A stretch of 64,000 nt of DNA, taken from Octopus sinensis. Taxonomy: Eukaryota. Below, one piece after another: positions 1 to 13,146 of the stretch. The translations under genes and the position numbers were made by a program. The notes under the pieces were generated by a model, which saw only the letters and a program-made list of their open reading frames with translations, was not told where the DNA came from and made no database searches. The first letter of the stretch is position 1. The number at the start of each line of letters is the position of its first letter. The DNA lies in the NCBI RefSeq assembly GCF_006345805.1, contig NC_043001.1:120218001-120282000 (forward strand), given 5' to 3'.

Positions 1-39
1 TTGCATGTATATCCGCCTGTGTGCGTGATATTTTATAAT

Positions 40-260
40 AAGATGGGGGTGCTGATAGGTTTCTGGTTTTGGGTAAAAGAATATAAAGGAAGATCAGTTA
101 ATTACGATTTTATACAACAAATTCCTCTCTCAGATTCTCAGACTTATTACAGCGGTCCTTCAGCTTTTCTAAGCCCTGTAAAAGAGCTCAGAAGACTGGG
201 CCTCCACCCAGGCCCTTTGCTATACCCTTAAAACCAGGAACTTTTCAGCAACCCTTCGTA
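40..260 (-). mobile_element. mariner-derived MITE (internal-deletion derivative)
   Basis: Imperfect ~30 bp TIRs (GATGGGGGTGCTGATAGGTTTCTGGTTTT ... AAAACCAGGAACTTTTCAGCAACCCTTCGTA). Reverse-complement homolog of 58111-58333, which retains a mariner C-terminal peptide. Confidence 0.7.
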
Positions 261-897
261 GGTTTGATAAACGCATAAATTCATTGCAGGCATGTCAGTG
301 TTTTAAGAAGTTTGCTTCCCAACCACTTGGTTCCGGATTCGGTCCGAAAATGATTTCGGAACAAATTACCTTTACATTGGTTAGCTTTACAAGATTAAAT
401 GACGTTATAATATAAGCAATATTATTTTACCGAATAAAAATAGATTTAGTTAAATACATGAAATAAATATATGAATGACCTCAAGTTAAATTAAATATTA
501 CACATACCAAAATTATTGCTTGACAGTTAAATTTTGTATAATGTTCATCATTCAAATTATGTGATATATTTACTGTACACCTGCAATCTTGCCCCAATAA
601 AAATTTCGAGAATTATGAGGTTATCTCTATTACTATAAAGTTCATTAATTAGCAAACACCACTTCGTACATATGTACATTGTTACATAGTTTTAATAACA
701 GTATTATCGCAATGACGTCTTTCGCTGATTTCAGATGTTTTAGAATATTTTATGTCGAAACCTTACAACCTACGAATTCGCTGTCAACCATAATGGTATT
801 AATATGATTTATCACAGAATTATGTAATAATATTGAATTACTCAAAACAAAGCAATAAATGCCAAGCGATAAGGTATGGTAAATATATCTATAAATA

Positions 898-936
<39 letters not shown>

Positions 937-1683
937 CATGCGTGTGTATGTATATACATAAATATAAATATAACTATAAATATATATATATATATAATAT
1001 ATATATATATGAATTTTTTGCGTAATGAGATAAAAAACACCAAGGCTGTATAGATATTAGAGCATTTATATAGATAGAAGGTCTTATAGCTGTTTCTAGA
1101 ATATTAATTAATAATAATATCCCTTCATCGGAGACGGGTTAAGTCATAGTTAGTTTGAATGTGATATACATATATATATACACACATACATATGTGTGTG
1201 CGTTTGTGTGTGTGTGCCTGTGCCCGTTACTATACATACATATACTAAGTTAAGCAGAACATTGAAAGAAATACGACATATTTATATACGTGAATATACA
1301 TTAGTGTAAAAACACATGATACTGTTTTAACCTGTGAAATATCGATCAATTTCCAAATCGGTTATGTCATCTCTTAGTTATTTCGAAGCGTTGTGCACCT
1401 TTGTGCATAAATTTTATGCCTAGGGTTGCTCTAGAGAAACGACAGAAATTCCGAATTACGTCAATAAACAACAGAACTGTAAATGTTTTTGATAAAATTC
1501 CAGCTAAATCAAATAAGTCGCACTACTGTTGATTCATGTTACCGGCAGAGCGATATCATGAAGATTCTTTGAACACAATGCATCATACGTTTGAAAGATA
1601 AATTCAAGATACTTATTAAAGAAATAATGAATACAAGATTGTACATACACACTCGCGCATACACACACACATACATGCACATG

Positions 1684-1720
<37 letters not shown>

Positions 1721-1728
<8 letters not shown>

Positions 1729-1884
1729 GTGCTCATATACACATAGGTATTATCTTTTTACCTGAAGCATTTTATCTTGCCCAGGGCTAATGAATATCTT
1801 CAGTATTTATGTTTTTCTCTCAATGTAAATCCAAATTTACTTGTCTTTATCTGTCTTCATTTTAAATATTTTCAGTTGTTTACA

Positions 1885-1929
<45 letters not shown>

Positions 1930-2104
1930 TATATATACACATGTGCTCATATACACATAGGTATTATCTTTTTACCTGAAGCATTTTATCTTGCCCAGGG
2001 CTAATGAATATCTTCAGTATTTATGTTTTTCTCTCAATGTAAATCCAAATTTACTTGTCTTTATCTGTCTTCATTTTAAATATTTTCAGTTGTTTACATG
2101 AATA
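1721..2104. repeat. apparently identical 170-bp direct duplication separated by (TA)n
   Basis: 1721-1890 and 1935-2104 read identically by eye; period 214 nt. Confidence 0.9.
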
Positions 2105-2109
2105 TATAT

Positions 2110-2302
<193 letters not shown>

Positions 2303-2593
2303 CGTGTGTGTGCGTGTGTGTGTGTGTGTTTGCGAGACAATATGAAAGATTAAAAGTTCTGAAAACATTTACTGATAGTGCACTTACGCGTGATTCAATG
2401 CAGATTTATAGGCTGAATTACCTAAGACTGCCCCGACTTATTAGACTGCATGCGAATACTATTAGGAAATATTTGTACAACAATCTCTCCATTCTTGATC
2501 TCTTCTATATGCTTTTTTATGCTTTCTTCACTGTGAAAAATAATAACAAGAACGTTATGTGTAAATACATACATACGTACATACATATATACG

Positions 2594-2628
<35 letters not shown>

Positions 2629-2899
2629 ATATCACAACTCTACGACTTCCTCTTTTTGAATATAAGGGAACATATTCAGTTCTAAATATTAGTCATATAT
2701 ATTACACATTAACACCAAGGATACATGTGTGTGACTGTGGCTGTTTCAGTGTGGGGTGTGTGCTTTCATATGTGTGTGTATGCATGCGCATGCATGTGCG
2801 TGTGTGCACGTCTGTGTGTGTGTGTGTGTGTGTGTGCATATGTTTGCGTATACGAGTGAGTGTGTTTCTGTGTGTGTGTTCGTATCTGCGTGTTTGGGT

Positions 2900-3201
2900 G
2901 TAAAGAGCACTCCGTCGGTTACGATCAACGGAACAGATTGCTCGTGAAATCAATGTGCAAGTGGCTGAGTACTCCACAGACACGTGGACCCTTAACGTAG
3001 TTCTCAGGGAGATTCAGCGTGACACAGAATGTGACAAGGCTGGCCCTTTGAAATACAGGTACTACTCATTTTTCCCAGCTGAATGGACTGGAGCAACGTG
3101 AAATAAAGTGTCTTGCACAAGGACACAACGCGTCGCCGGGATTTGAACTTACGGCCTTACGATCAAGAGCCGAATACCCTAACCACTAAGCTACGCGCCT
3201 T
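2900..3201 (-). mobile_element. tRNA-derived SINE
   Basis: Minus-strand tRNA-like head (GCGTAGCTTAGTGGTTAGG...GTTCAAATCCC) followed by GTGTCCTTG...CAAGACACTTTATTTCACGTTGCTCCAGT, a body shared with 13690-14030. Confidence 0.75.
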
Positions 3202-4228
3202 CCTTTGTGTGTATACACTTGACTAAAAATCGGAAATATAATGTCTAGATTACAGTAAAATATCCACTCTATATGAATTGAGTTGTGGAAGGAATAGAAG
3301 TAGCTGGAGATAAATAATCCAGCTTTTGTACTCTCGATGGTGGCAGCTAAGCATATCAAGTAATCTCCAAATATTCCGGTCATCACGTAGCTAGTTACAT
3401 ATTATATTGCAGCAAATGTTGACACAGTCGCCTGGTTACATTTCCATCTACTTCACCTTATTTTTCTGCACTTCTCCGTATCCGATATTATCCAGCATCG
3501 TGATCTCTATGTAACACAGATATTAGGTGAACACTTATTTTCCGATTCTGAAATCAAAACTCCATAGATTAAGCAACTGGTATGCCTTTCTGTAGTTACA
3601 TACAGCCACACCTACATATCTATAGTGACGTTCTCAAACTTTTGATGCACCTCAAAGCACATACAAACAAATGTGTTGTTCATTTATAAAAGTTACGAAA
3701 CAGCTGTAGTAGTAAGGAAAGCATATAGAAGAATAAATATATATCTACCTCACATCATTTGTGTTATGTTTTACATGTGTGTGCGTGTGTGTGGTGTGTG
3801 TGTGTGTGTGTGTGTGTGCATGTATTATTTTAATCTTATATTTGTTTCATTCATCAGATTACGGTCATGTGGAGGTGCCACCATGAAGAATTAAGTTGAA
3901 TAAATTGACCCTAGAAGATGTTTTTAAGTCTTGTACTTATTCTATCAGACTCTTTGGCCGAAACGCTAAATAACGAGGACACAGACACACCAACATCATT
4001 TATTAGGTGGTGGTGGAGGGGAAAAACACAGACAGAGTGACGCATATATACATAAATATATATATACATGTACATACATACATACACGTTCTGTTCACCA
4101 AATCCACTCACAAGGCATTAATTTGCCCTAGGTTATAGTAGAAGGCGAGCCCAAGTTGCCATACTGTCACGCCTGTCCCTAGCCATGAATATGTATATGT
4201 ATATATGTACATACTGATGCATATAAAC

Positions 4229-4261
<33 letters not shown>

Positions 4262-4322
4262 ATATATATATATATATATTATATATATATATACATTTAT
4301 ACATACATACATACAATATATG

Positions 4323-4366
<44 letters not shown>

Positions 4367-4553
4367 TTATGTATGTATGCAAAAATTCAGCTATACATAC
4401 ATCGTATATATGTGTGTGTGTGTTTGCAAACTAACATTATAAATCACCATCTGTATCATTTATCCATGGCTCCCCGCAGAAGTGTCCAGAGTGTCCATTA
4501 AATAGTAAAATAGCTGGGACAAAATCGATCTTTCGTTACTGTATTTGTTTTAG

Positions 4554-4615
4554 TAGATAAATGGCATGAGCAGAATCATATTGAAGATTATGTTTCACAA
4601 CTAGTTCATTTGGCT
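4554..4615 (+). CDS. candidate internal exon of unknown host gene (DKWHEQNHIEDYVSQLVHLA)
   Basis: Pyrimidine-rich acceptor CTTTCGTTACTGTATTTGTTTTAG|, open frame, donor |GTACGT. The donor coincides with the start of a microsatellite, so it may be fortuitous. Confidence 0.35.
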
Positions 4616-5445
4616 GTACGTATGTATGTATGTATGTATGTATGTATGTATGTATGTATGTATGTATGTATGTATGTATGTATGTATGTATGTATGTATG
4701 TACGTATGTATGCATGTATGCATGTATGTACGTATGTATGCATGTACGTATGTATGTATGTATGTATGTATGTATGTATGCATGTATGTATGTATGTATG
4801 TATGTATGTAAGTATGTATGTATGTATGTATGTACGTATGTATGTACGTATGTATGCATGTATGCATGTATGTACGTATGTATGCATGTACGTATGTATG
4901 CATGTACGTATGTATGTATGTACGTATGTATGTATTTATGTATGTATGTATGTATGTATGTATGTATGTATGTATGTATGTATGTACGTATGTATGTATG
5001 TACGTATGTATGTATGTACGTACGTATGTATGTATGTATGTATATATGTATGTATGTATGTACGTATATATGTACGTATGTACGTATGTATGTATGTATG
5101 TATGTATGTATGTATGTATGTATGTATGTATGTATGTATGTATGTATGTACCTATGTATGTATGTACGTACGTATGTATGTATGTATGTATATATGTATG
5201 TATGTATGTACGTATGTATGAATGTATGTATGTATATATGTATGTATGTATGTATATACGTATGTATGTATGTATATACGTATGTATGTATGTATATACG
5301 TATGTATGTATGTATGTATGTACGTATGTATGTTTGTATGTACGTATGTATGTATGTATGTATGTATGTATGTATGTATGTATGTATGTACGTACGTATG
5401 TATGTATGTATGTATGTATGTATGTATGTATGTATGTATGTATGT
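4616..5445. repeat. ~830-bp (TATG)n tetranucleotide satellite with TACG/CATG variants
   Basis: Read directly; it generates all YVCM/YIHT ORFs in this interval. Confidence 0.97.
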
Positions 5446-5644
5446 GTGTATATATGTATATATACATATATTCTTTTATTCTTTTGTTCTTGTTGCAGTT
5501 ATTTGTGACCCTACGACTTATTTTTGTAAGCTTAGTACTTATTTCAAGTTACGTAGACGTAAACACCGCAACATCGGTTATCAAGCGATGGTCGGGGCAA
5601 ACACAAACACACAAACATATACATACATGCATATATACATAGGG

Positions 5645-7140
5645 TGCGGCAGAAAGGCTGCCCCGATTTCAAAGTTTAATAAAAAACAAAGCCTCTTACT
5701 TTTATTTTGAACTTTCATGTCTGACCAAGCTTCTCGCCTCAGTTAAGCACCTGGACAGTGCCAAGTTGGGCCAGTTTACCATAAATCTAAAGGTGTCCTC
5801 AGGTAAGGAGTTCATCACTCTGCACAAATCTGTCTCCCATATGACCTCTACAGCCAACTGTGAAGGCCAGTCACGGACCTCAGTGCAGGATAGAATCCCT
5901 TCCCTACGGCCTTTCGTTTTAAACTTCTTAATGAAGCTTTCCGGTGACCCTCCCTTATGGAAGAGGATCACAAATTTCTCATCCTTAGTTTGGGAAGGGC
6001 CTACAGTTTCTACATTCGGTGGCACAACTCCCACCGAAGGTGCTTCGGGACACGCCAGCAGTGTGTCACAAACCGCCGTTTTTCTTTTTCTTTTTCTTTT
6101 TTCCTTGAGCCACGGGTGCATGGAGCTCTTCCGTTTTGTCCAAAAGATCTTCCTTCCATCCCGTAGCCTTCGGATCCTTCGGTGGGCAACCATTGTTGCC
6201 CACGTTTCTTGTTTTTCCTTTTTCGAGAAGGTCTCCAACTCTCCAACTGCCTCCTTCTCTCCCTCCAATGGGGGAGCAGGGAGTGGTATTTTTATTAACT
6301 GCTCCAGTACCTCGCTTTTGTCCTGAGGATAGTTCTTTTTAATGTGGCCTGGTTCCAGGCACAGGTGACACTTGGGAGGGGCGTCCCTCAAGCATCCTCG
6401 GGTACCTAGAACCGGCCATTCTCAAAAAATCTGGGAATACCAGATTTTGGGCTGATTGGGTTCATAGGATCAAAACCGCTTTGACCCCTCCCAATCATCC
6501 GCAGGCAAGATTTTCACATTGAGGAGCTTGGCTCCGCTGCCACCTAGACCCCCGCGGTTAGTATCCTCTATCCACTCGGGTTCTATTCCGGGTGGCAAAC
6601 CACAGACCCAAGCCCTCGTCAACTTCCTCCCACAATAAGTGGGAAGGAACAAAATTTCTCTGCCCTCAAAGGGCTGGGTCGCAAATTCGCGAGCCTCATC
6701 GAGGGAGTCAAATAGTAACCAGACCGTTGCGCACTTGACCCCCCTAGAGATGTATTTGATAGTTGGCAGATAGTCCGCCAACTCTTTTTTGATCATATTT
6801 TTCTCAAATATGGCGATGGTGTCGAGCGACGTGGTATAAGTCCTCAACACCACCGTCTTCTTTTCGAACTCCTTCAACCATTGTTTGGGTGGTACTATTT
6901 CCTACTCCACAATTTTGTCCATGTTGTTTACCATGTTAAATTAAAAGTCTAAAAAACAGTTCACAAAAATTCAAACAAAGAAGAAAAAGAGAGAAATCAA
7001 AAAGAAAGTCTCAACAAAAAGGAAGAAAAAAATAAACAGTTCAATAAAAAAAGTTTCAAATAAAGGATAGAAGAAAAGAGCAACAGTTCAGAGAAACACA
7101 GAGAACATTATTCCATAAGAAATACCATGTATGAATGTCT
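5645..7140 (-). mobile_element. L1/Tx1-like non-LTR retrotransposon 5' portion: pyrimidine-rich 5'UTR plus disrupted ORF1
   Basis: ORFs 6470-6877 and 5702-6391 can be joined across frameshifts into ...EGRP-PKCHLCLEPGHIKKNYP (degenerate CX2CX4HX4C gag knuckle) followed by a basic tract. A T/C-rich leader lies at 6921-7140. Confidence 0.7.
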
Positions 7141-7743
7141 ATACATGTACGCCGTACATGAATGCTAGCACTTGCATGTGCCTGAACATTTTTCTAGCAC
7201 TGTACTGCAGAATTTTACAGCAGGTTATCACCAGGTTATCATAAAGAATTAACAGGGGACTATCAACTTTCTTCACTTCATAGTTCGCTAATATTGCTCC
7301 CACATTACCTGATGCATGCAAATATTCCACTTCCATGAATATAAACATATATATATATACATACATATATGTAGGTGCATGAGAGAGACTTCTACCTACA
7401 CACCACACACAAACGCACACACACATATACACATACACACATACGTTACGCATAGATACACTCTTTTGAATGTGTTCAAGGAAAATAATAACCGATATGG
7501 ATACGTCTGTATAAACTATTACGCCCACATAAGCAAAATACGCATGCGCAGATTGATCTATAAATGTGTTTAGGCTAATGTACGTTGAAGTGTTTGAATA
7601 CCCTGGCGCGTCAGTATACAAGTGTGTATCTTCTATATTTCATAATTTACGACGGTGTTATGGACACGCTCGTAAACCGTGACAGATTTAAGATTTATAA
7701 GCGTTTACGTCACAGTTAATCTGCGTGCACGTGTATGTATATG

Positions 7744-7848
<105 letters not shown>

Positions 7849-8039
7849 GTATATATGTGTGTATGTGTATATATATGTGTGTGTATGTATGTGTATGTAT
7901 GTATGAATGTATGATATATAGTATTAATAAGATAGAAGATGGAATGTGTATTAGACTTTTGTAAGTACAACAAATGTTTACTCATCATCTATCTATACAT
8001 ATTGCATAATTTTTCCATGATATATAAATATATATATAT

Positions 8040-8255
8040 ATCCTCTTATTTGTTGCAGCCATTTGATTGCGGCCAAGCTGGAGCACCGCCTTTAGTCGAG
8101 AAAATTGTCCCCAGGACTTATTCTTTGTAAGCCTAGTAGTTATTCTATCGGTCTGTTTTGCCGAACCGCTAAGTTACGGGGACGTAAACACACCAGCATC
8201 GATTGTCAAGCGATGCCGGGCGTTTCAAACACAGACACACAAACAAACACACACA
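8040..8255 (-). mobile_element. SINE 3' half (same family as 16515-16915; further pieces at ~3905-4030, 5470-5620, 57800-58010)
   Basis: Reverse complement of ATCGCTTGACAA..GCTGGTG.GTTTA.GT..C.GTAACT.AGC.G.TCGGCAAAA...ACCGATAGAATAA.TACTAGGCTTACAAAGAATAA. Confidence 0.7.
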
Positions 8256-8289
8256 CACATACATACCTACACACATACGGAATGATGTA

Positions 8290-8775
8290 TGTTGTGGCTA
8301 AGTAACAGTAACATTCGTCCCAACCGGGACTACCATATTATGTTGGCAAATAATCTTTCCTTTAGAGTAATGTTTCTGAATGTCTCTCGTTGAGAGATTT
8401 AGAAATAATACTGTTTCTATTTATTAGATCAATGCCTGTGTGTCCATGTGAAAATGATATATATTTTCGCACAGGAATTTAGCAGCGCCTGTCAAGCCAA
8501 GCAGTTATTCTGTGCTGAGGATGTGACATAACCCACAAACCGCGGTCCAAAGATATTACTTTACGCTGAATAGGGATGCTAAACTCCCTTGTTCGAAAAT
8601 ATAAGGACACAAATAGTGTATGGAATAACCAGCTGGAGACGATGTTTCCTGGGACTAAATAACAGTAACAATCGTCCCAACTGGGTCTGCCACATTATGT
8701 TGGCAAGTAATCCTTACTTTAGAGTACTGTTTCTGAGCGTCTATCGCTGAGAGATTTAGAAATAATAATGTTTAT
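8290..8775 (+). mobile_element. non-coding 357-nt unit in 1.3 tandem copies ending in (TA)n, with a degenerate hammerhead
   Basis: Direct repeat starting TAACAGTAACA at 8303 and 8660; hammerhead-like motif at 8509-8553. Confidence 0.6.
8509..8553 (+). ncRNA. degenerate type-I hammerhead ribozyme
   Basis: TCTGTG-CTGAGGA-TGTG..CACA-AA-CCGCGG-TC-CAAAGA: stem I 5/6 bp, stem II 4 bp, palindromic stem III ACCGCGGT, GUC triplet; the GAAA core has lost 2 nt. Confidence 0.55.
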
Positions 8776-9001
8776 ATATATATATATATATATCTAATAT
8801 AGGATAAAATTTTCGAAAAAAATGTTATCAGTGGCCAGCATATTAAAAAATACCTTTAAAGGTTAAATTTATAAACAATTTACAAACAAGGGCAAAAGAA
8901 AAAAATTCCAATGCCAAATATATTGAAAATAGACTTAAATTGTCAAAATCCACATAAAATTCTTCACTATAAGCACACGTCTTTTGCCCTTGTTTATAAG
9001 T

Positions 9002-9034
<33 letters not shown>

Positions 9035-9168
9035 TTATGCACATGTGTGCAGTATACTATCAACAAATGAATCCTATGGTTGTTTTAACTTGCTGTGAAC
9101 TCTATGTTATAGTACCCAACCATCCCTGGTTCCTACTTGCAGATATGATTATATACATAAATACATAC

Positions 9169-9245
<77 letters not shown>

Positions 9246-9825
9246 TATGTATGTATGTATGTATGTATACATGAATCATATATATATATGCCTATATGAA
9301 TCAACAAGTATACGTATGTATGAAGAAAAAACTTTATTTCCTAATCAGCGAACGTTAAAAGTTGTAAGAATTTTCTTTAAATATGCAGTGATTCATAATC
9401 ATGAAATTAAATTCTTCAGGGCGAATATGTGTTTGCGGATATGCGTGTCTGAGTTTGTGTGTGTGCGTGTGTGTGTGTGTGTGTGTGCGTGTGTATGTGT
9501 GCTGTGTGTATGCGTGCATGTATGATTGTGTACGTGCGTGCGTGTATGTTTGTGTAGTTGACAAATATTCAATTTACATATGTATAAATTTGCATTCCCA
9601 TTTGGTATGCTGCGTAACACGTCGTTCTTCTAACATGTGCATTTGATAATGTAATATAATGTAATATATTTCCATCTATTCAGATATAAATCGGAACAGA
9701 TTTACTGATTGGACTTGAAACGCTGCAGGGAGATCAATTTACGGAACTTGACATAGACATCATTATTATATCCGTGTGGACGATATTGAGTTCCAGTAAT
9801 ATACATGCTAATATGTCTCTCTCTT

Positions 9826-9918
<93 letters not shown>

Positions 9919-10347
9919 GTGTGTGTGTGTATGTATACACCTATCTATTTATTTCTTTGTATGTACGCATGCATCTTTCAATCTCTCTCTATATGCATAC
10001 ATACATACATACATACATGTAAGAGGGATGACCACCAGGTGGACATCCAATATGCTAAATGTAGACCCCCATATGGTCTGACCACCAACAAAAAATTATT
10101 CTCAAGAAAATTCGGCAAACGCCAGAACGTAAGCGTGCAAGACAAACGTAAAGATACAAAATATAATGATTAGTAACATACCAGATTTCATTGTTACCAA
10201 TTACATATTCACATTCGTAATATAAACGAAGACATTTGAAATATACCCCCAAATATAATTGACAGAACTGTATGCATCTTCTCTTTCGTGTTGACGTTTC
10301 GTGTACAATTCTGCAAAGTATATTTTCTACGATTAATATGGTGTGTA

Positions 10348-10520
10348 ACACCACCACCAGTGGCCAAGTTGTTACTCATCTGTCTCGGTTTATGACTACG
10401 AAGATGACTCTTGAGTCCAGCTTTACTGAGGCAGGGTCTTGCACAGACACTGCATGTCAGCATCATAGGAAGATCCTTCCCATCTGGAAGTGTAACAGCG
10501 AAAGATCGAAGTGTAAGATC
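10348..10520 (-). mobile_element. RTE-clade LINE 3' fragment
   Basis: Minus frame LTCSVCARPCLSKAGLKSHLRSH, the C-terminal C2H2-like motif of RTE ORFs, followed by a short (TGG)n tail. Confidence 0.65.
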
Positions 10521-10542
10521 GAAAGTGCGTGAAACTCGAGTT

Positions 10543-11310
10543 ATATATATATATGTATATGTAAAAAAATACAAACTGGGACAAGAACGCAAAACATTTA
10601 GAAGACGGTACAAAAAACACGGACGGGACATTCGAAGCCTTCAATCTTCAGTCAAGAACCGGATCATCCTCGCAATTTCGGCTGATTAATCTTGAGATTG
10701 CTCCGATCGGGCCAGCCCCAAAGGAAAATCTAAGCCAAGCGCATTAGATTCCTTCGAAGAAAGCCTCGAATGTACACAAAACAAGGACGGAAAAACGGAC
10801 GATGTTACACGAATAACAATACAAAAATACGTAAAAACAGTAATGATAATAATGATAACAAAAACAGACGTCACAGACCGGCGTCTTTCGACAGGACGAG
10901 TAAACTTTGAGCTGGCGTGTTAGAAAAATGCCTTAGGGCAGAGAGATAAAAAATGTGTCTTGCCGAGACGACTGCTGAGAACGAAAGGCCGGCAATCGGT
11001 CGGTCAGTCACGTGCGAGGAGAAGAGAGAGGAAAAGAGGGACAGATGAAGAGAGAAAAAAGGGGAACAAGGAAAAAAGGAGGAGGAGAAGAGAGAGAAAG
11101 AGCGAGAAAGAGTACAGATCAAAGTGGAGTGCAAAGTGTGAAAGGCAGAGAAATGTAGGAGAGGGGGGAGAGAGACAGTGTTATAGAGTCGTTCCAAGTT
11201 TAAAGAAATATGTACTTACAAAAGGGTACGGGCCTCGCTATATATATATGTATATGTAAAAAAATACAAACTGGGACAAGAACGCAGAACATTTAGAAGA
11301 CGATACAAAA

Positions 11311-11315
<5 letters not shown>
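10543..11315 (-). mobile_element. PLE-type non-coding 3' remnant, 695-nt unit with partial tandem copy, flanked by (TA)n
   Basis: GTAAAAAAATACAAACTGGGACAAGAACGC occurs at 10561 and 11256; long purine tract as in the 33.4 and 54 kb repeats. PLE assignment is inferred from architecture only. Confidence 0.4.
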
Positions 11316-11350
<35 letters not shown>

Positions 11351-12247
11351 TATATATATAGCTTTTTATTGAAACCATAAGTTTTTCTTTCGGAACTCGA
11401 GTTTCACGCACTTTCGATCTTCCGGCGAAACTATTGTAATTCGGTAATAGTGGTGAATATATATCCATTTTTGTGTGTTTGTGTTTACTAATTTGTTAAC
11501 CTCTTCCTTGTTTTTAAATAGTTGCATGTGTGATTTCTGTAGCGGTGTGTATTTCTTGCAATTGTATTTTAACGTGAGCAAATTTTATGTCACAGCTTAT
11601 AGATGTGTAGGATTTCATATTTCTTCAATACAGGCAATTCAGGGCTTAAGATAATTCGAGGATTTAAGATACACTTGATAATGTCTCAGTTCCTTTTTTT
11701 CATATCCTGTACTATCAAGATTTCATATATCGTATAAGAAGGTATTTAATATCTGAAATCAGCATTCACGTACAAGAATGAAGCAAGTAATACGGTCGAT
11801 AGAGATAGATGATACAATAGCTATCTAAAATTGATACTTTTCGTTAGCCAACTCGTTTCTTGTTTGTTCTCTATGAAATTTCTCAATGGACAAAATAAAT
11901 GATAGCAATAATGATATACAGATCAACATAAAGTTAAAGTACAACATAATCAAAATTGGCTGAACAACTTTCGTAGTAGACACACCAGAATGTTTTCAAA
12001 GAAAAATAATGATAAAACATGATTGGGAAGAGAGCTGTGTCGTTCGTCAATTCCAATCAGTGTTCTTTTTCAGTTTGAGGACGTTACATCATTTTTCAAA
12101 CTTTGAAGTTAAGAAATATAAAGCTGAATATTCATTTCGCAAATAGAGCGAAATTTTAATGTCGAGAAATCACAATGTAAATAAACATTAATGTCTTGAA
12201 TGTTTTGTGTATTTTTATTGATGTTGCATTAAAAAGAAGAAAACGGC

Positions 12248-12296
<49 letters not shown>

Positions 12297-12906
12297 TGTA
12301 ATTGTAAATCGCTTGTTGAATCTAGACCAATAAATAATTGTTTAGAAAGACCTTTAAAAAGGCGTAAATCAAATAGATTGATGCAGATATTATGAAATCA
12401 AGTTGTTCAAAGTGTAAAAAAACGCAATAAAAACATGGCTATAATCAATAAAGTAGAGCAACAACCATTGTCCATTTTAGTACATAACAATCAGAGGAAT
12501 AAGGAAAAAATACCATAGAAAATGAATGCACTTAGGAAGCGTGTAAGAAAATTTTAAAAAATTAAATAGAAAACGAAAGACAATGTCTAGGAAAACTGAA
12601 ATTGAAATATATTTAAATTGACATTAAAATCATTACAATATCTTGACAAAAACATTGTATGAGATGACAAGAAACTGGAAATAAAAAAAAATTTTGCCTT
12701 GAGTTAAATACAAAAAGAAATGCACGTGATATCGGAATGAATAAAATATGATGATACATTTAAGCAAGATGTCAGACAAAGACAGAAGACAAATGAAGAG
12801 AAGACAATATGGAACGGCGTGGCATATAGTAGTAAACTCTGAAAACATCGAGTCCTCAAAGTTGGTTCGATTCCAGGTTTTGCTATTTTAATTCATTTCT
12901 TTCATA

Positions 12907-13146
12907 TGTATTTATTTCTTTACTACCCACAAGGGGATAAACACAGAGGGGACAAACAAGGACAGACAAAGGGATTAAGTCGATTATATCGACCCCAGTG
13001 CGTAACTGGTACTTAATTTATCAACCCCGAAAGGATGAAAGGCACAGTCGACCTCGGCGGAATTTGAACTCGGAACGTAACGACAGACGAAATACGGCTA
13101 CGCATTTCGCCCGGCGCGCTAACGTTTCTGCCAGCTCGCCGCCCTT
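12907..13146 (-). mobile_element. tRNA-derived SINE (degraded copies at ~19670-19870, 24150-24340, 24860-24960, 29740-29850)
   Basis: Minus strand: GGCGAGCTGGCAGAAACGTTAGC...GAGTTCAAATTCCGCCGAGGTCGAC..GCCTTTCATCCTTTCGGGGT.GATAAATTAAGTACC. Confidence 0.8.

Noticed and set aside
2308-2685. S4-like LRLPRLIRL in a + ORF
   Set aside because: No splice donor or further channel motifs; the ORF starts and ends in microsatellites.
12835-12890. tRNA gene
   Set aside because: Only a B-box-like GGTTCGATTCC is present with no cloverleaf; all tRNA-like motifs in the window are SINE heads.
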